From the human T2T-CHM13v2.0 reference genome, Homo sapiens, in the NCBI RefSeq assembly GCF_009914755.1, contig NC_060926.1: a DNA stretch of 64,000 nucleotides. One strand, given 5' to 3'. The notes under the pieces were generated by a model. It was not told the origin of the DNA. It saw only the letters and a program-made list of their open reading frames with translations, and did no database searches. Made by a program: the position numbers and the translations under genes. Shown here piece by piece: positions 41,816 to 56,682 of the stretch (positions are counted from its first letter, which is position 1; the number at the start of each line of letters is the position of its first letter).

Positions 41816-42974
41816 ACAGATGAGGGAGATAATGCAATTAACTCCTAATTGTATATGCACAGATATTTCCAGTATAAATTGCTTATGTTCTCTCACCATC
41901 TCTCCTGGTTTCGACTACAATACTAGAGAAATATTAAACTTTTTACAAGGATTAAGGATACCTTGAACTAGCTGAGAAAGAATATAGCACCTTGGGGCCA
42001 AGCAATACCAGCCGTGGTAAGGAGTTACATCCCATCACTCATATCACCCTGACTGTAATAAGGAATAAGAGTACAGTAGATAGGGAAGAGAGGTAAGAGG
42101 AGCATATTGTAAGTTCTGGTCTCCTTTTTTTCAAATGGACCCTGTGTTGCCGCAGAACCCATGGTGCCACCCACTCAGAAGGCTTCCTGGATGGCTCTGT
42201 GCATGCTTAAGATGAACGGGTCTACCTTTCTTTGTTCCTTCCCCATTCTTATTCTACATAGTACCTACTGCACTGTAACTTATGGTTTTGTGGGAGAAAT
42301 TCCAGGTATCTTAGAATACAGAATCATATAAAAGAGCAGTAACTACTCATCTTGAGAGTGATTGCATTTATTTCATAGGTAAGTAATCTTGCCCATAGCT
42401 AATACACTTATTATTTCCTTTTATTCACTTCCGCATGAGTCTATATAATTCATTTTTAGGCTCTTCTGAATCATTCTGCTTCCATTCTGTAGCATCATTC
42501 TTTTTGGTTGCTGTTTTCTTCCATACTTATTCCTCTTTGAGGAAATACTTCGCACTTCATATGCAAAACCAGAGGCATTTCTCATGAATCCTTTAGATTA
42601 TGAGAAAGCAAAATTTCTTTTCACAAACCCCACACCTTTCCACAGTTTTAGGCTGAAACTGCTCTCTACAAGACCTTTTGAATGCTTATACAACAGCATC
42701 TTTTATCTGAACCCTGAGTTTTTCAATTCTTTTCATTTATTCAGTGTCTTCTGTGGTGTCTTCCCTTTTCCAGAGCACTTATCCTTCTCTGTCAAGCTTC
42801 TTTCAAGTATCTTTATTCCTTTTGACTGTAACAGGTTCTCTGAACTCTTCAGGTCTATGCCATTTGCCCAGTACTACCAGCATCTCAGTCTGGATTATTC
42901 ATCATCTTAGATGGTCATATTTTCTATTATTCACCTTTTTGTCCTTCTATTTCTTCTCTGATTGGCATTAGCAT

Positions 42975-43112
42975 ATTCATTCACTTTTTCAGTTATTCAT
43001 CAGATATTTACTGAGTCACTACCATGTACCAGAGCTCTGCTAAATGTTGGAATAAGTGGTAAAAGAAACAAACATGGTCCTAGCCCTTACAGAGTTTACT
43101 GTCCACTTGAGG
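42975..43112 (-). mobile_element. L2 3' terminus
   Basis: ATATTTACTGAGTCACTACCATGTACCAG...CATGGTCCTAGCCCTTACAGAGTTTAC. Confidence 0.7.
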
Positions 43113-43344
43113 AATAAAACAGTAGGCTCACACATCTACAACTCAATTATACCTCCGTGACTTAATCTGCATGTGATTTCAGAGGAAGGGTTTTTTTATT
43201 ATGGAACTCTCCTGTTTATTTGCAACTCAGAAAGTAGTAAAATAATCTTACCTTTTTGCTGGTGGCCTTGGAACAAATTCAAGATCATCTGGTTTGTTTC
43301 CAACAAAATACGTAGGTTATCCTCTATAAAAGTATTATTAATAA

Positions 43345-43540
43345 TTATAAACAACATTTATTAGGTATCATCTCATTGTCTTTCTTGCCCTTTGTAGGCA
43401 TGATCTCCTATAGTCCTTCAATAAACCTGTGACAAAACTGGGGCCCAAAGAGGTTGGCATTTGCCCAAAGTCATTCAGATACTAAGTGAGAGAGGGGATT
43501 TAAATCCAAGTCTGTTTGGTCCCCGAATCTGAGCTCTGTT
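43345..43540 (-). mobile_element. MIR
   Basis: AAACTGGGGCCCAAAGAGGTT...TTGCCCAAAGTCA...GGATTTAAATCCAAGTCTG. Confidence 0.7.
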
Positions 43541-44062
43541 GTCATGTTTGCCAGTTTTCATCACTAGTAAAAGGATTCAAAAGCTGAATGTCTAAAACCT
43601 GTGTTCTTCTTTTGCGCTTATTAACCATCCAATATTTCTGCTATATAAAATGTTAATGAATCTTCATTGCAAAAATCAGGATATCAATAAAATCCATTCA
43701 CAAAGCAACTTTATAGATGGTTAATTGGTTTGGCTTATTAATGAGATTATGGCTTTTGAAATACTAGGAAATATTTACTATCAAGTGGAAAATATTTTTG
43801 CGAAAGGATTGATTACAGTTTAGCGTTATTTATTATTTTAAATCATAGCCTCTGGTTAACTGAAACCAAGGAACATATTTTCTTTGTTAAAAATGAAATT
43901 TTTAAAAATTGAGAAGATAAAAAGACATATACATGGTCCATCCAAAATATAATATGTATATTATTTTAACTTTATGCTATTAACATATTTTATTCAAGAA
44001 TAAGAAATAGAGGATCGCAATCAAGGTCCTATATTACACCCTGTCCTTACTCAAATAGTTTC

Positions 44063-44380
44063 ATTTTTTATTTATTTTTATTTTATTTTATTTTATTTTT
44101 GAGACGGAGTCTTGCTGTGTCATCCAGGCTGTAGTGCAGTCGCGCGATCTTGGCTCACTGCAACCTCTGCCTCTCGGGTTCAAGTGATTCTCCTGCCTCA
44201 GCCTCCTGAGTAGCTGGGACTACAGGCGCACGCCACCACGCCCGACTGATTTTTGTATTTTTAGTAGAGATGGGGTTTCACTATGTTGCTGAGAATGCTG
44301 TCGATCTCCTGACCTCATGATCCACCCACCTCGGCCTCCCAAAGTGCTGGGATTACAGGCATGAGCCACTGCACCTGGCT
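44063..44380 (-). mobile_element. AluS (Sc-like) with (TTTTA)n tail
   Basis: Full dimer; TSD AATAGTTT(C/T)ATTTTT. Confidence 0.95.
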
Positions 44381-45833
44381 GAATAGTTTTATTTTTATTC
44401 TTTGTTTACATACTTGATTTTAAAAGTATTTTTGTACCCTTCACATTTTCAATACCAGAAGACTTTTCCTCCTCAAGATGTAGTTTACACAAAAAGATTG
44501 AAAACTTGATGTAGAAATGCTTTATAAAGTCTCTCGTTTTGCTGTTTGCAATACAAGACGAACTTTCACATGGTAGAACACAGATCTGTGTAGTACTTAT
44601 TGCATTTAAAGTCAAATACTAAGATCTTATGTCACCATTAATATTGGGCAGATCACTTAGCCTTTTCCATGCTTCTGTTCTCCTACGGGGATGCCACCAA
44701 CTCCTTGTGACATGTCTAGTTAGAAGATTTAATCTTTACATTAGGATTATATTATGTAATTCTGCCCAACTAGAATTAAAAATATTCTAACATGAAGGAC
44801 ATATAAAAGGTATTGTATTATGATTGACAAAATAAAACAATTTTGACAGACCTCAGGTAATATCTATTCTAATTATCTGCCTTTTAAAATATAGTTTTAA
44901 AAATACTTCAGTACAGTGTTTATTGATTTCCAAGTCATTATTTCAATATAGATTTTTCAGCATTGTTACATTAATCTTTCCATGGAAATTTAGGCCAATT
45001 GAGATCTTTGCCTCAGAAACAACACAATATCTTTAATAGGTTCTGCCTTTTTTTAGGGCTAAGTAATTAATCTGCAGTATGTGAATATCATATACTTTTG
45101 GTTATTTAAATTTAGCTGATTTTTGCTTTTCTTTTTTTAAAACTTTTCTGGACATTAAAAAGTGCATTACCATGAAATTTTTGGGAACCAGCCATTATGT
45201 AAATACAGGGTATCATGTAAAATATTTTTGTCATTTTCATTTAGTGATGGCTGGTTTTTATCCTGAGGCATTTGCCCACATTCTTAAGAAATCCACTCCC
45301 TAACTCTGTACCTCTGGCTAATAATATTTCCTTGTTGCCATCATTTTTTCTTAATTCGTAAACAATAGAAGGTGGAGTCCAATTTGAAGTCAAACAATTC
45401 CATCAAGGCATAAATGAGTTGACTCCAACTACTGAGATAGAAAATGTCACCAAAGGGGTTAGTAGGAAGAAGAGAGAAGGAAACACCCATGCAGATTGAC
45501 CCAGAAATAGCATCCCCTGTGCCACATTTGTGTTGGTCTGTGTAAACAACACAGCAGGTTATGCCCACTGAAACAAGAGCAGAGGTGAACAACATTGCTC
45601 AGGTCCAGGGAGTTTTGCTTGAGTGAGAGGAAACAAGGAATGGTGGGTTTTGTTGGCAGTCCGTATAAAGCAAGGTTCCCCACATCACTATTATTATTGT
45701 TACTGGTAATTGTGGTTGATTGTTGCTAATTTAAGATTAGAAACTAATTTAAACCTCCTATTTTGAACAATGTCATTTTCTAACATCCAAAACAAGAGAA
45801 ATTTTGTTCTTTTCCCGTTACTGAGACTCTTGA

Positions 45834-46202
<369 letters not shown>

Positions 46203-48216
46203 TTAGAAAGCCCCAAATTTCTCTTTTAATGGTAATCATGAACCATCCATATAAAGACACTGAGAGAATGGAAATACTGATATAAATGTTCATAGTCCTT
46301 TATCTATAATTGTGAATTTGCAAAAAGATCTGGAGGGGAAAATCTACTGTTTTATTTATAAGAAAATTTACGTAAATGTATACGTAGTTCACACAGCAAA
46401 ACCTGACTTGAACTAAACTCTTGGTGGAAGTACAGAGCTCAACTTCCATGATACTGTTTATAGACTTTATATTTCCTATATGTGACTATTCTTATATTTC
46501 ACTACAGAGATGCTGATGCGTGTGATTCTCAAGTGCTGCCTCAGTCACTTCTGGGCTATTGCATCATATATATAGTATATGTACTATATAGCCTTTCTAA
46601 AATTAAATATATACATGGTATATATTTTATGTTTAAAATGTGTTTGTGTGTGTGTGTGTGTGTATGGTTTCTGAAACTTTACTGGCCCTGAGGATTTCTA
46701 GAGAGAGATATTTGTATACCATTAGTAGTATAGTCATGTGACTCTGGAGTCACATATTTTGTAACTGTTAACCATAATAGATTCCATCATCCTGAAGAGA
46801 CAATACAGTCAACCTCCAATTTGCATATCAGTTTTGTCATTCAGAATCTGTTTTCTCATAGAATTTTTTTTACATGGTGGTTATGCATGGTGATATTATG
46901 TTTATTTAATGTACATAAGGCATAATATTAGTTCTATGGAACTTATGACAGTGTTTTAATGCAAAATATTTTTAAAGTATACCTGTCTCCTTACCTGACC
47001 CTGGCTCATCCCCAAACATAAACAAACCCCTACCACAGCCTTTACATAATTTCTGAGACTCACTTATCCCACTCGTGCAATTAGAGTAGGAATTGGAACA
47101 GGCTCAGACTACTGCTAGAGTTACATTTACCCAACAGGATACAGAATAGGGGTGGGATTCTTTTTGTATTTCCTGTCTTCACTGTTCTCTTCATTCTTTT
47201 CTTCTTTAGATCTTAGGAAGTGCCCTGTCTAAATCCTTTCCTCTTTATGCTACCCGTAGTTCTGGTATTTATTTGGAAGTAAATGGGACTAGACTTCCAT
47301 CTGTCTTTACTACCTCGCCTTTATCTTTAATTTTGAATTACCCATTTGACCCTTCTCTATCTCTCAATCTTCCTTTCATAAGGAAGGCTAATGGTTTTTG
47401 CCACAATAATGACAGAAAAGAGGAAGCAAAAATACATGATAGGTGATTGCAGTTATTAAAAAAAACTGAGGCTAGAGGTAGAGGGAAGATGACAGATAGG
47501 AGACAGGGCTGACCTGCAGCTCCCACTCGGATGAATAGAACAGCATATGGAGACTCACACCATGGACTTTTGCTCCAGGAACCACCACAGGAGTATACCA
47601 GAAAAACTGAAAGAAATCACCAATCCTTTGAAAGCAGCAGCAGGCTGCTGCAAATTCTGTGAGACTGGCAAAAAACTCTGGTGCTGTCTCCAAATTGCCA
47701 CCTTCTGGCTGGAGGCCAACCAACTCAGGACATTATAGCAACTCATGAACCAACAACCCCGCTCCAAGGAAAGAGAAGACAACAGTGAATTCTGCTGCCT
47801 GCAACATCCTGGCTAACCAGTGATCCTGAGTTTGTCCATGTGACTGTCACTGCTACTATAACCAGCATTCGAGAATGCTAGCACACTAAACACTTCTACA
47901 ACCAATTACAGAGTCTACTTCACTCCCTGCCACCTCTACCAGAGAAGGTGCTGGTATCCATGGCTGGGAGACCGGAGTATGGATTGCATCACAGGACTCT
48001 TTGCAGACATTCCCCAGCACCAGCCCAGAGTCTGGTAGCCCCATTCAGTGGCTAGACCCGGAAGAGTGATAACAATCACTGTAGTCTGGCTCTCAGGAAG
48101 CCCCATTCCTAGGACAAAAGGGAGTGCACCATATCAAGGGATTGCCCCATGGTGCAAAAGAATCTCAACAGCAGCACTCTAGTTCCACATTTTTCCACTA
48201 CCATAGTCTACCCAAA

Positions 48217-49185
48217 TGAGAAGGAATCAGAAAAGTAATTCTGATAATATGACAAAACTAGGTTCTGTAACACCCCCAAAGACCACACTAGCTTGCTAGC
48301 AATGGATCCAAACCAAGAAGAAATCTCTGAATTGCCAGATGAAGAATTCAGAAGGTTGACTATTAAGCTATTCAAAGAGATACCAGAGAAAGGTGAAAAC
48401 CATCTGAAATAAATTTTAAAAAAATACAGGATATGGATGAAGAATGCTCCAGAGAAATAGATATCATAACGAAAAAAAAAATACAACTTCTGGAAATGAA
48501 AGATAGACTTAGAGAAATACAAAATGCACTGGAAATTTCAACAATAGAATCAAACAGAAAGAAGAACTTCACACGTTGAAGACAAGGCTTTTGAATTAAC
48601 CCAATGAGACAAAGGCAAAGAAAAAAGAATTTAAAGACATAAATCCTCCAAGAAATTTGGGATTATGTTAAATGGTCAAACTTAAGAATAATTGTTATTC
48701 CTGAGGAAGAAGATAAATTTAAAAGTTTGGAAAATATATCTGAGGGATTAATTGAGGAAAACTTCCCTGGCCTCACTAGAGATCTAGACATCCAATTATA
48801 AGAAATTAAAAGAACATCTGGGAAATTCATCTCAAAAGGATCATCACCCAAGCACACGGTCATCAGGTTATCCAAAGTCAAGACAAAGGAAAGAATCTTA
48901 AGAACTGTGAGTCTAAAGCATCAGGTAACCTATAAATGAAAACCTGTCAGATTAATAGCAGATTTCTCAGCAGAAACCCTACAAGCCACAAGGGACTAGG
49001 GTCCTATTTTTAGCCTCTTCAAACAAAATAATTACCATCCAATAATTTCATATCCAGCAAAACTAAGCTTCATAAATGAAAAAGAAATAAAGTTTTTCAG
49101 ACAAACAAATACTGAGAGAATTTTTCACTACCAAGTGAACACTACAAGAAATGCTAAAAGGAGTTCTAAATCTTGAAACAGAATA
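48217..49185 (+). pseudogene. disrupted L1 ORF1
   Basis: ATGAGAAGGAATCAGAAA start; ORF1-like blocks (GATTTCTCAGCAGAAACCCTACAAGCC); multiple stops and frameshifts. Confidence 0.8.
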
Positions 49186-49289
49186 TCAAAATGCACAAAA
49201 ATAGAACCTTCTTAAAGCATAAATCTCACAGAACCTATAAAAAATACCACAATGAAAAAAATCTAAGGTATTCAGGTGACAACTAGTAT

Positions 49290-52200
49290 GATGAAGTACC
49301 TCAAATCTCCATACTAACATTGAATGCAAATGGCCTGAATACTCCACTTCAAAGGTACAGAATGGCAGAATGGATAAAACTCCACCAACCAAGTATCTGT
49401 TGTCTTCAAGAGACTCACCTAATGCATAAGGACTCATATAAACTTGAGGTAAAGGGTGGAAAAAAATATTCCATGCAAATGGAAACAAAAAGCAAGCAGG
49501 AATAGCTGTCCTTATATTAGACAAAACAGACTTTAAAGTAACAACAGTTTAAAAGACACAGACAGACATTATACAATCATAAAAGGATCAGACCAATAGG
49601 AAAATATTATAATTGTAAAGATACGTGCACCTAACATAGGAGCCTCCAAATTTATAAAATAATTATTACTAGGCCTAAGAAATAAGATAAACAGCAACAC
49701 AATAATAGTGGGGGGACTTCAGTACTCCACTGAGAACACTTGACAGGTCATCAAGACGGAATGTCAACAAAGAAACAAATTACACCCTAGAAAAAATGGA
49801 CTTAACAGATATTTGCAGAACATTATACCTAACAACTGCAAAATAGACATTCTTTTCATCACCACATGAAACATTCTCCGTGATAGACCATACGATAGAC
49901 CACAAAGTAAGTCTCAATAAATTTAAGAAAATAAATTATATCAGGTACCCTCTCAGACCACAGTGGAATAAAATTGGAAATTAACTCCAAAAGGAACCTC
50001 AAAACCATACACATACATGGAAATTAAAGAATCTGCTCCTGAATGATCTTTGGGTCAACAATGAAAACAAGATGGAAGTAAAAAATTATCTGAACTGAAT
50101 GATAATAGTGACACAACTTATCAAAACCTCTGGGACACAGGAAAAATGGTGCTAAGAGGAAAGTTCATAGCATTAAATGCCTACATGAAAAACTCTGAAA
50201 GAGCACAAATAGACAATCTAAGGTCAGACCTCAAGGAAGTAGAGAAACAAGAACAAACCAAATCCAAACCCAACAGAAGAAAAGAAATAACAAAGATCAG
50301 AGCAGAACTAAATGAAATTGAAACACAAAACAATACAAAAGAAAATGAAATAAAAAGCCAGTTATTTGAAAAGATAAACAAAATTGATAGACCATTAATA
50401 AGATTAATGAAGAAAAGAGATGATTCAAATAAGCTCAATTAGAAACAAAATGGGAGATACTACAAACAATACCACAGATATACAAAAGATCATTCAAGCC
50501 TACTATGAACACCTTTACACGCACAAAATAGAAAATCTGAAGGAGATGGATAAATTCCTGGAAATATACAAGCCTCCTAGATTAAATCAGGAAGAAGTAG
50601 AAACTCTGAACAGAAAAATAACAACTAGCGAGATTGAAACAGTAATTTAAAAATTGGCAACAACAACAAAAAAGTCCAGAACCAGATGGATTCACAGCTG
50701 AATTTTATCAAGCATTCAAAGAAGAATTGGTACCAATTTTACTGAAACCATTCCAAAAGATAAAGATAGAGAGAATCTTCCCTAAATCATTCTATGAAGC
50801 CAGTATCATCCTAATACCAAAACCAGGAAAGGACATAACAAAAAAAAGAAAACCATAGGCCAATATCTGTAATGAACATAGATGCAAAAATTCTCAACAG
50901 AATACTAGCAAACCGAATCCAACGGCATATCAAAATGATAATACACCATGATAAAGTGGGGTTTCATACCAGGGATGCAGGGATGGTTTAACATACTGCA
51001 AGTAAATAAATGTGATACGTCACATAAGCTGAATTAAAAACAAAAATTATATGATTATTTCAATAGATACAGAAAAAACATTTGACAAAACACAGCATTT
51101 TTTTATGATTAAAATCCTCACCAAAGACAGCATAGAAGGGATATACCTCAAAGTAATAAAAGCCATGTATGACAAACTCACAGCCAACATCATATGGAAT
51201 GGGGAAAAGTTGAAAGCATTCTTCCTGACAACTGGAACAAGACAAGGATGTCCACTTTCACCACTTCTATTCAACATAGTGAATCAGACCCATAACAATC
51301 AGACAAGAGAAAGAAATAAAGGGCATCCAAGAGGAAGTCAAACTATCGCTGTTTGCTGATGATATGATTATATACCTAGAAAACTCTAAAGATTTTTCCA
51401 AAAAGATATGATAAATGAATTCAGTAATGTCTCAGGATTCAAAATCAATGTGCACAAGTCAGTAGCACTGCTATATGCCAACAATGACCAAGCTGAGAAC
51501 TCAACTTCTTTTACAACATCTGCAAAGAAAATAAAATGCTTAGGAAATCTACCTAACCAAGGTGGTGAAAGGCCTCTACAAGGAAACAAAACACTGCTGA
51601 AATGAATCGTCAACAATATAAACAATGGAAACACATCCCATACTCACAGATGGGTAGAATCAATGTTCTGAAAATGACCTTACTGCCAAAAGTAAGCTAC
51701 AAATTCAGTGCAGTTCCCATCAAAATACCATCATCATTCTTCACAGAACTAGAAAAAACAATCCTCAAATTCATATAGAACCAAAAAAGAACCCGCATAG
51801 CCAAAGCAAGACTAAGCAAAAAGAACAAATCTAGAGGCATCACATTACCTGACTTCAAACTGTACTACAAGGCTATAGTTACCAAAACAGCATGGTACTG
51901 ATATCCAAATAGGCACGTAGACCAATAGAATAGAATAGAACACCCAGAAATAAAGCCATATGCTTACAGCCAACTGATCTTCAACAAAATAAACAGAAAC
52001 ATAAAGTGGAGAAAGGATACCCTATTCAAAAAATCATGCTAGGATAATTGGCAAGCCACATTTAGAAGAATGAAGCTGGATCCTTATCTCTCACCTTATA
52101 CAAAAATCCATTCAAGACAGATCAAAGACTTAAATATAAGACCTGAAACCATAAAAATTCTAGAAGATAACATTGGAGAAACTCTACTAGACATTGGCTT

Positions 52201-52906
52201 AGGCAAAGAGTTGATGACCAAGAACCCAAAAGCAAATGCAACAAAAACAAAAACAAAGATAAACGGATGGGACCTAATTAAACTAAAAAGTTTCTGCACA
52301 GCAGAAGAAGTAATTAGCAGAGTAAACAGACAACCCAAGAGTATGAGAAAATATTCTGCAACTATGCATCTGACAAAGGACTAATATCTGGAATCTACAA
52401 GGAACTCAAACAAATCATCAAGAAAGAAACAGTCCCATCAAAAAGTCAGCAAAGGATATAAATAGACATTTCCCAAAGGAAGACATATAAATGGCCAATA
52501 AACATGGAAAAATGCTCAGCATCACTTATTATCAGGTAAATAAATGCAAACCAAAACCATGATGAGATACCACCTTACTCCAGCAAAAGTGGCCATAATT
52601 AAAAAATCAAAAAATAACAGATGTTGGCATGGATGTGGTGAAAAGGAAACACTTTTACACTGCTGGTGGGAATGTAAACTAGTACAACCACTGTGGAAAA
52701 CAGCGTGGAGATTCCTTAAAGAACTAAAAGTAGAACTACCATTTGACCCGGCAATCCCAATACTGGGTATCTACCTAGAGGGAAATAAGTCATTATACGA
52801 AAAAGACACTTGCACATGCATGTTTATCTCAGCACAATTTGCAATTGCAAAAATAAAGAACCAGCCTAAATGCCCATCAACCAACAAGTGGATAAAGAAA
52901 ATGTGA
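49290..52906 (+). pseudogene. disrupted L1 ORF2 (endonuclease/RT/C-terminal)
   Basis: Fragments NANGLN..CCLQETHL (EN), [16 protein letters not shown] and FADD at ~51352 (RT), [14 protein letters not shown] (C-term), spread over different frames. Confidence 0.92.
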
Positions 52907-53379
52907 TGTGTATGTATATACCATGGAATACTACTCAGCCATAAAAAGGAATGAAATAGTGGTATCCACAGCAACCTGGATGGAGTGGGGACCGTTATTC
53001 TAAGTGAAGTAACCATTATTCTAAGTGAGTAACATTGTGTGTTCTCACTTACAAGTGGGAGCTAAGCTATTAGAATGCAAATGCATAAGAATAATATAAT
53101 GGACTTTGGGTACTCAGGAGTAAGGGTTGGGGGGTGAGGGATAAAGACTACACATTGGGTACAGTATATACTGCTCAGGTGATAGGTTCACCAAAATCTC
53201 AGAAATCTCCATTAAAGAACTTTTCTATGCAACCAAACACCACCTGTTCCCCCAAAACTTTTGAAATTAAAAAAAAAAAAAATTTAAACAAAACAAAACA
53301 AAAACTGAGGCCAGGAAGAAAGAATATTGAAGTACTGTTGCCAAGAAGTTAGAAAAGCTAGCTTCTTATCTATCATGAC

Positions 53380-53664
<285 letters not shown>

Positions 53665-54399
53665 GGTAGACTGCTTTTAAACTAATATCCTAGAAACTAT
53701 CTATGCAAACAGGCAACTTACAAAGTAATCTCATAGGAGGCTATGCACTATGTCATTAATGCTGCTTTGCTTAAACACTGGAAACTCCTAAGGTTGTCTT
53801 CAGAGACTTTGCTGTTATTTTGAATGTTATTTGTATTATCAGTCATTTTTTTGAGGGTTATGTTTGATTTTTACAGACAGCTGTCTTTGTGAATAATGTC
53901 TGATGAGGCAGGTTTTTGATTTTGTGTTTTGTTTGTTAGATTTTTGGTCAAAAGCAAGTAAAAATTAAAAATAGATTTTTGTGGAGCTTTAAAATTCATT
54001 ATTATACTGGGTATAGAAGAGAGTTCAAAGCTGTTTTGAATAATTGTAGCCCTGTGATCTTGTACTTTAAATGCAGCAACATCTATTTAGTATATAGGTT
54101 TTTATATATTGATTTAAAATACATGCTCATTATTATTCTTAACTATATTAGTGTACAAGTGTATTTAAATATTCAGATATTGACACACATATAATATATG
54201 TTCATTGAGATGTTGAGGCTATGGAAATTTCAGTGTAAAAGAAAGAATTTTCTTAAAAACCTAGCATGTATCAGTGTATCTTTGTTGTTTTGAGATGACG
54301 AATCTATCTGGAAGAGCAGAAGAAACTGAATTGGAATAACATAATTATTACAAGAACTACTTATTAAGTACCCACAAAATAACAGGTAATTTCTGAATA

Positions 54400-54545
54400 T
54401 TGTGTATTTGTTATCATATTTCATTTTCATAACAATTCTTGGAGAAACTTGTTGTGTTCTCTTTTATAGATAAAGAAACTAAGGTACAGAGAGCTGAAGA
54501 GACATGCCCATGATCACATGGTTATAAGTGGCAGAGCCTTCCATG
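54400..54545 (-). mobile_element. MIR
   Basis: TTTTATAGATAAAGAAACTAAGGTACAGAGAG...GATCACATGGTTATAAGTGGCAGAGC. Confidence 0.7.
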
Positions 54546-54734
54546 CCTCTGACTTTTTTTAACTGCCCTAAATTTCTTAGACCATGCTTAATGCTACTGG
54601 CACTGTACTTCAACTAACTGAATGTATATTGTTACTTGTATGTTGAGACCTTGTTTTTGTAAATACAGTTCCAACAGATTAATTGTAGTGCTCATTATTT
54701 GTACTCTACTGGCAGTATTTTAAAGTGTGGTGTA

Positions 54735-55010
54735 TTGGAGCTCTTTCCTTGCATAAAACTCTACAAATTATTTACTCTGACCCAAAAGACATGATTGATT
54801 TGGCCACCCTCATTTATAATCCAAATTGACTTGCCAATTTTGGACACACCAAGCTTGTTTCCACTTCAGATCATTTACACAAATTGTTCCCTCTGCATGT
54901 TATTACTTTCAGTCATTCAATGTCTGTTTCCTGTTAGATCTCAGCTTGAATGTCAACTCCTAAGAGAAGTTATCATAGAAGACTTGAGGAAATCATTTTC
55001 ATAGGTACCC
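54735..55010 (+). mobile_element. L2 fragment
   Basis: ACACACCAAGCTTGTTTCCACTTCAG...AGATCTCAGCTTGAATGTCAACTCC. Confidence 0.6.
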
Positions 55011-55244
55011 TTTAAGTAGTATTTAACTATAGTTAGTGGTATGACTATATAAAGCAGTTCCAAAAAATGAATGAAGCCAGGGTGTTATCTGTATTGATAT
55101 TTTGAAATATTGATGTTTTTCCTATCAGGCACAGTACTAAAATCCTTATTTTGTAAAATCTGGATGAGAATGTTATTAAAAACAAATCACAGTTAATTTT
55201 CTAAAAGCCTAATTAAATATTTAAGAAGAAGAAAAATAACTCAT

Positions 55245-55430
55245 GGAATGCCAGCTACAAGCCAGGTACATATAGCTATACATAGAGATAATAGGTATAG
55301 AATCTGCTGCTCAGAGAGTAAGATAAGTGACTTGACTAAGATTCTGCAGGTACTTTGCTGCACAACAGGATTTAAACCTAGGTGAATCTGATTTCAAAGC
55401 TAGTGTTTTTTCTATACTCAGTGCTGCCTC
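55245..55430 (-). mobile_element. MIR
   Basis: GCTCAGAGAG...AAGTGACTTGACTAAGAT...GGATTTAAACCTAGG...TCTGATTTCAAAGC. Confidence 0.65.
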
Positions 55431-56682
55431 ATAACTCCAGCGTATAAAAGGCCAGGTGAATCATCCTGAATTATTGGAAGCTAGCAGGGTATAAATAATA
55501 AATGAATAAATAAAACTGTGGCAAGTGATTTTACTTTGTTCACTAAATATAGTTAAAAGATTGACATTCCCAGCATATGCCTAATCACTTGGAAATGTTG
55601 GATCACTTTTAGTAAATCCAGATTCAGCAGCCCTATTTAACAGGTGGAAAAATGTTACTTGTTATAAAAATGCTTATTTTCAAATTCCTAAAAGAACACA
55701 GTGAATATTCAGATAACATTTTTTAAAGTACTTGAAAGTGAACATTTTTCCCTTATTCTGTTGCTTAATAATTAAACTACTTCTTTGTGATATTTCTACA
55801 TTAGATATTATAGGAAATAAGAAATATAAATCTGCTCAAGAAATGATTTATAGCTGACCACCTCATATTTTGTATTATTGGTTTCATTATTTAATCCCTG
55901 TAATACACATGCAATCTGTATGTAAGTAAAAAGTGTATATGATTTACTTAGTACCAAAGTGCTATAGTAATATAGGGTGTATTTTGAAGACTTTATTTTT
56001 AGGTTCATACTGATTCCTCTCTTATAAAAGGTGGAAACAATTAACAATTAGATTTAACATTATAAAGTATTGTAGGGTGTGCAGAATAAAGCAGATGTGC
56101 ACATTTATATAGATTACTTATGAGCAATACATATCTTTATGTATAATACCTATTTTAAAATTAATTAAGTTATTCTGAGTTAGTTTTTTTTTTTTAACTT
56201 TTCTGGCTACCTTCATCAGACTTGAGAAAAATGCTATGAACGAGAAGCATTTTGAGATGTTCTGTGTTTGGAATGTTAAATGTTAATTGGGTTCTCTGAG
56301 CTATAAAGCCACCTTAAACCATCTTATGTGGGGAGAAGGAAGGGAAATTGAGGTACAATTTTCTCTTGAAAGAGAATATAGAAAAAGTAATTGAAATGCT
56401 ATTGAAAGTTAAAAGTGATATTATTAATTTTTAATTTTCTAAGGACAAATCAGTTGTCCTTGTATAATCAATGTAATATTTACATTTTTCCACTTTCTTT
56501 TTCTGGTATGCTTTTGACCATTTCAAAGCAAATTATAAGAAAGCACAGAAGAAAAAGGAAATGACACAGACTATAAACATTTAACTGGAAATTTATTAAG
56601 CATTCTGGAAAAAGCTAGCAGATAAGTTGCTAAAATGACAAAGCTGTAGAATCATACAATAGTCTTATTCCTTACTGCAAAG

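Larger units (their letters stand above)
47476..53299 (+). mobile_element. near full-length inactive LINE-1 (L1PB-like)
   Basis: 5'UTR GGGAAGATGACAGATAGGAGAC, ORF1 and ORF2 remnants, L1PB-type 3' end (CACCAAAATCTCAGAAATC...CCACCTGTTCCCCCAAAAC), poly-A; TSD AAAAACTGAGGC at 47461-47472 and 53300-53311. Confidence 0.95.

Noticed and set aside
49320-52906. Active reverse transcriptase/endonuclease gene
   Set aside because: L1 ORF2 is broken into short pieces by many stops and frameshifts
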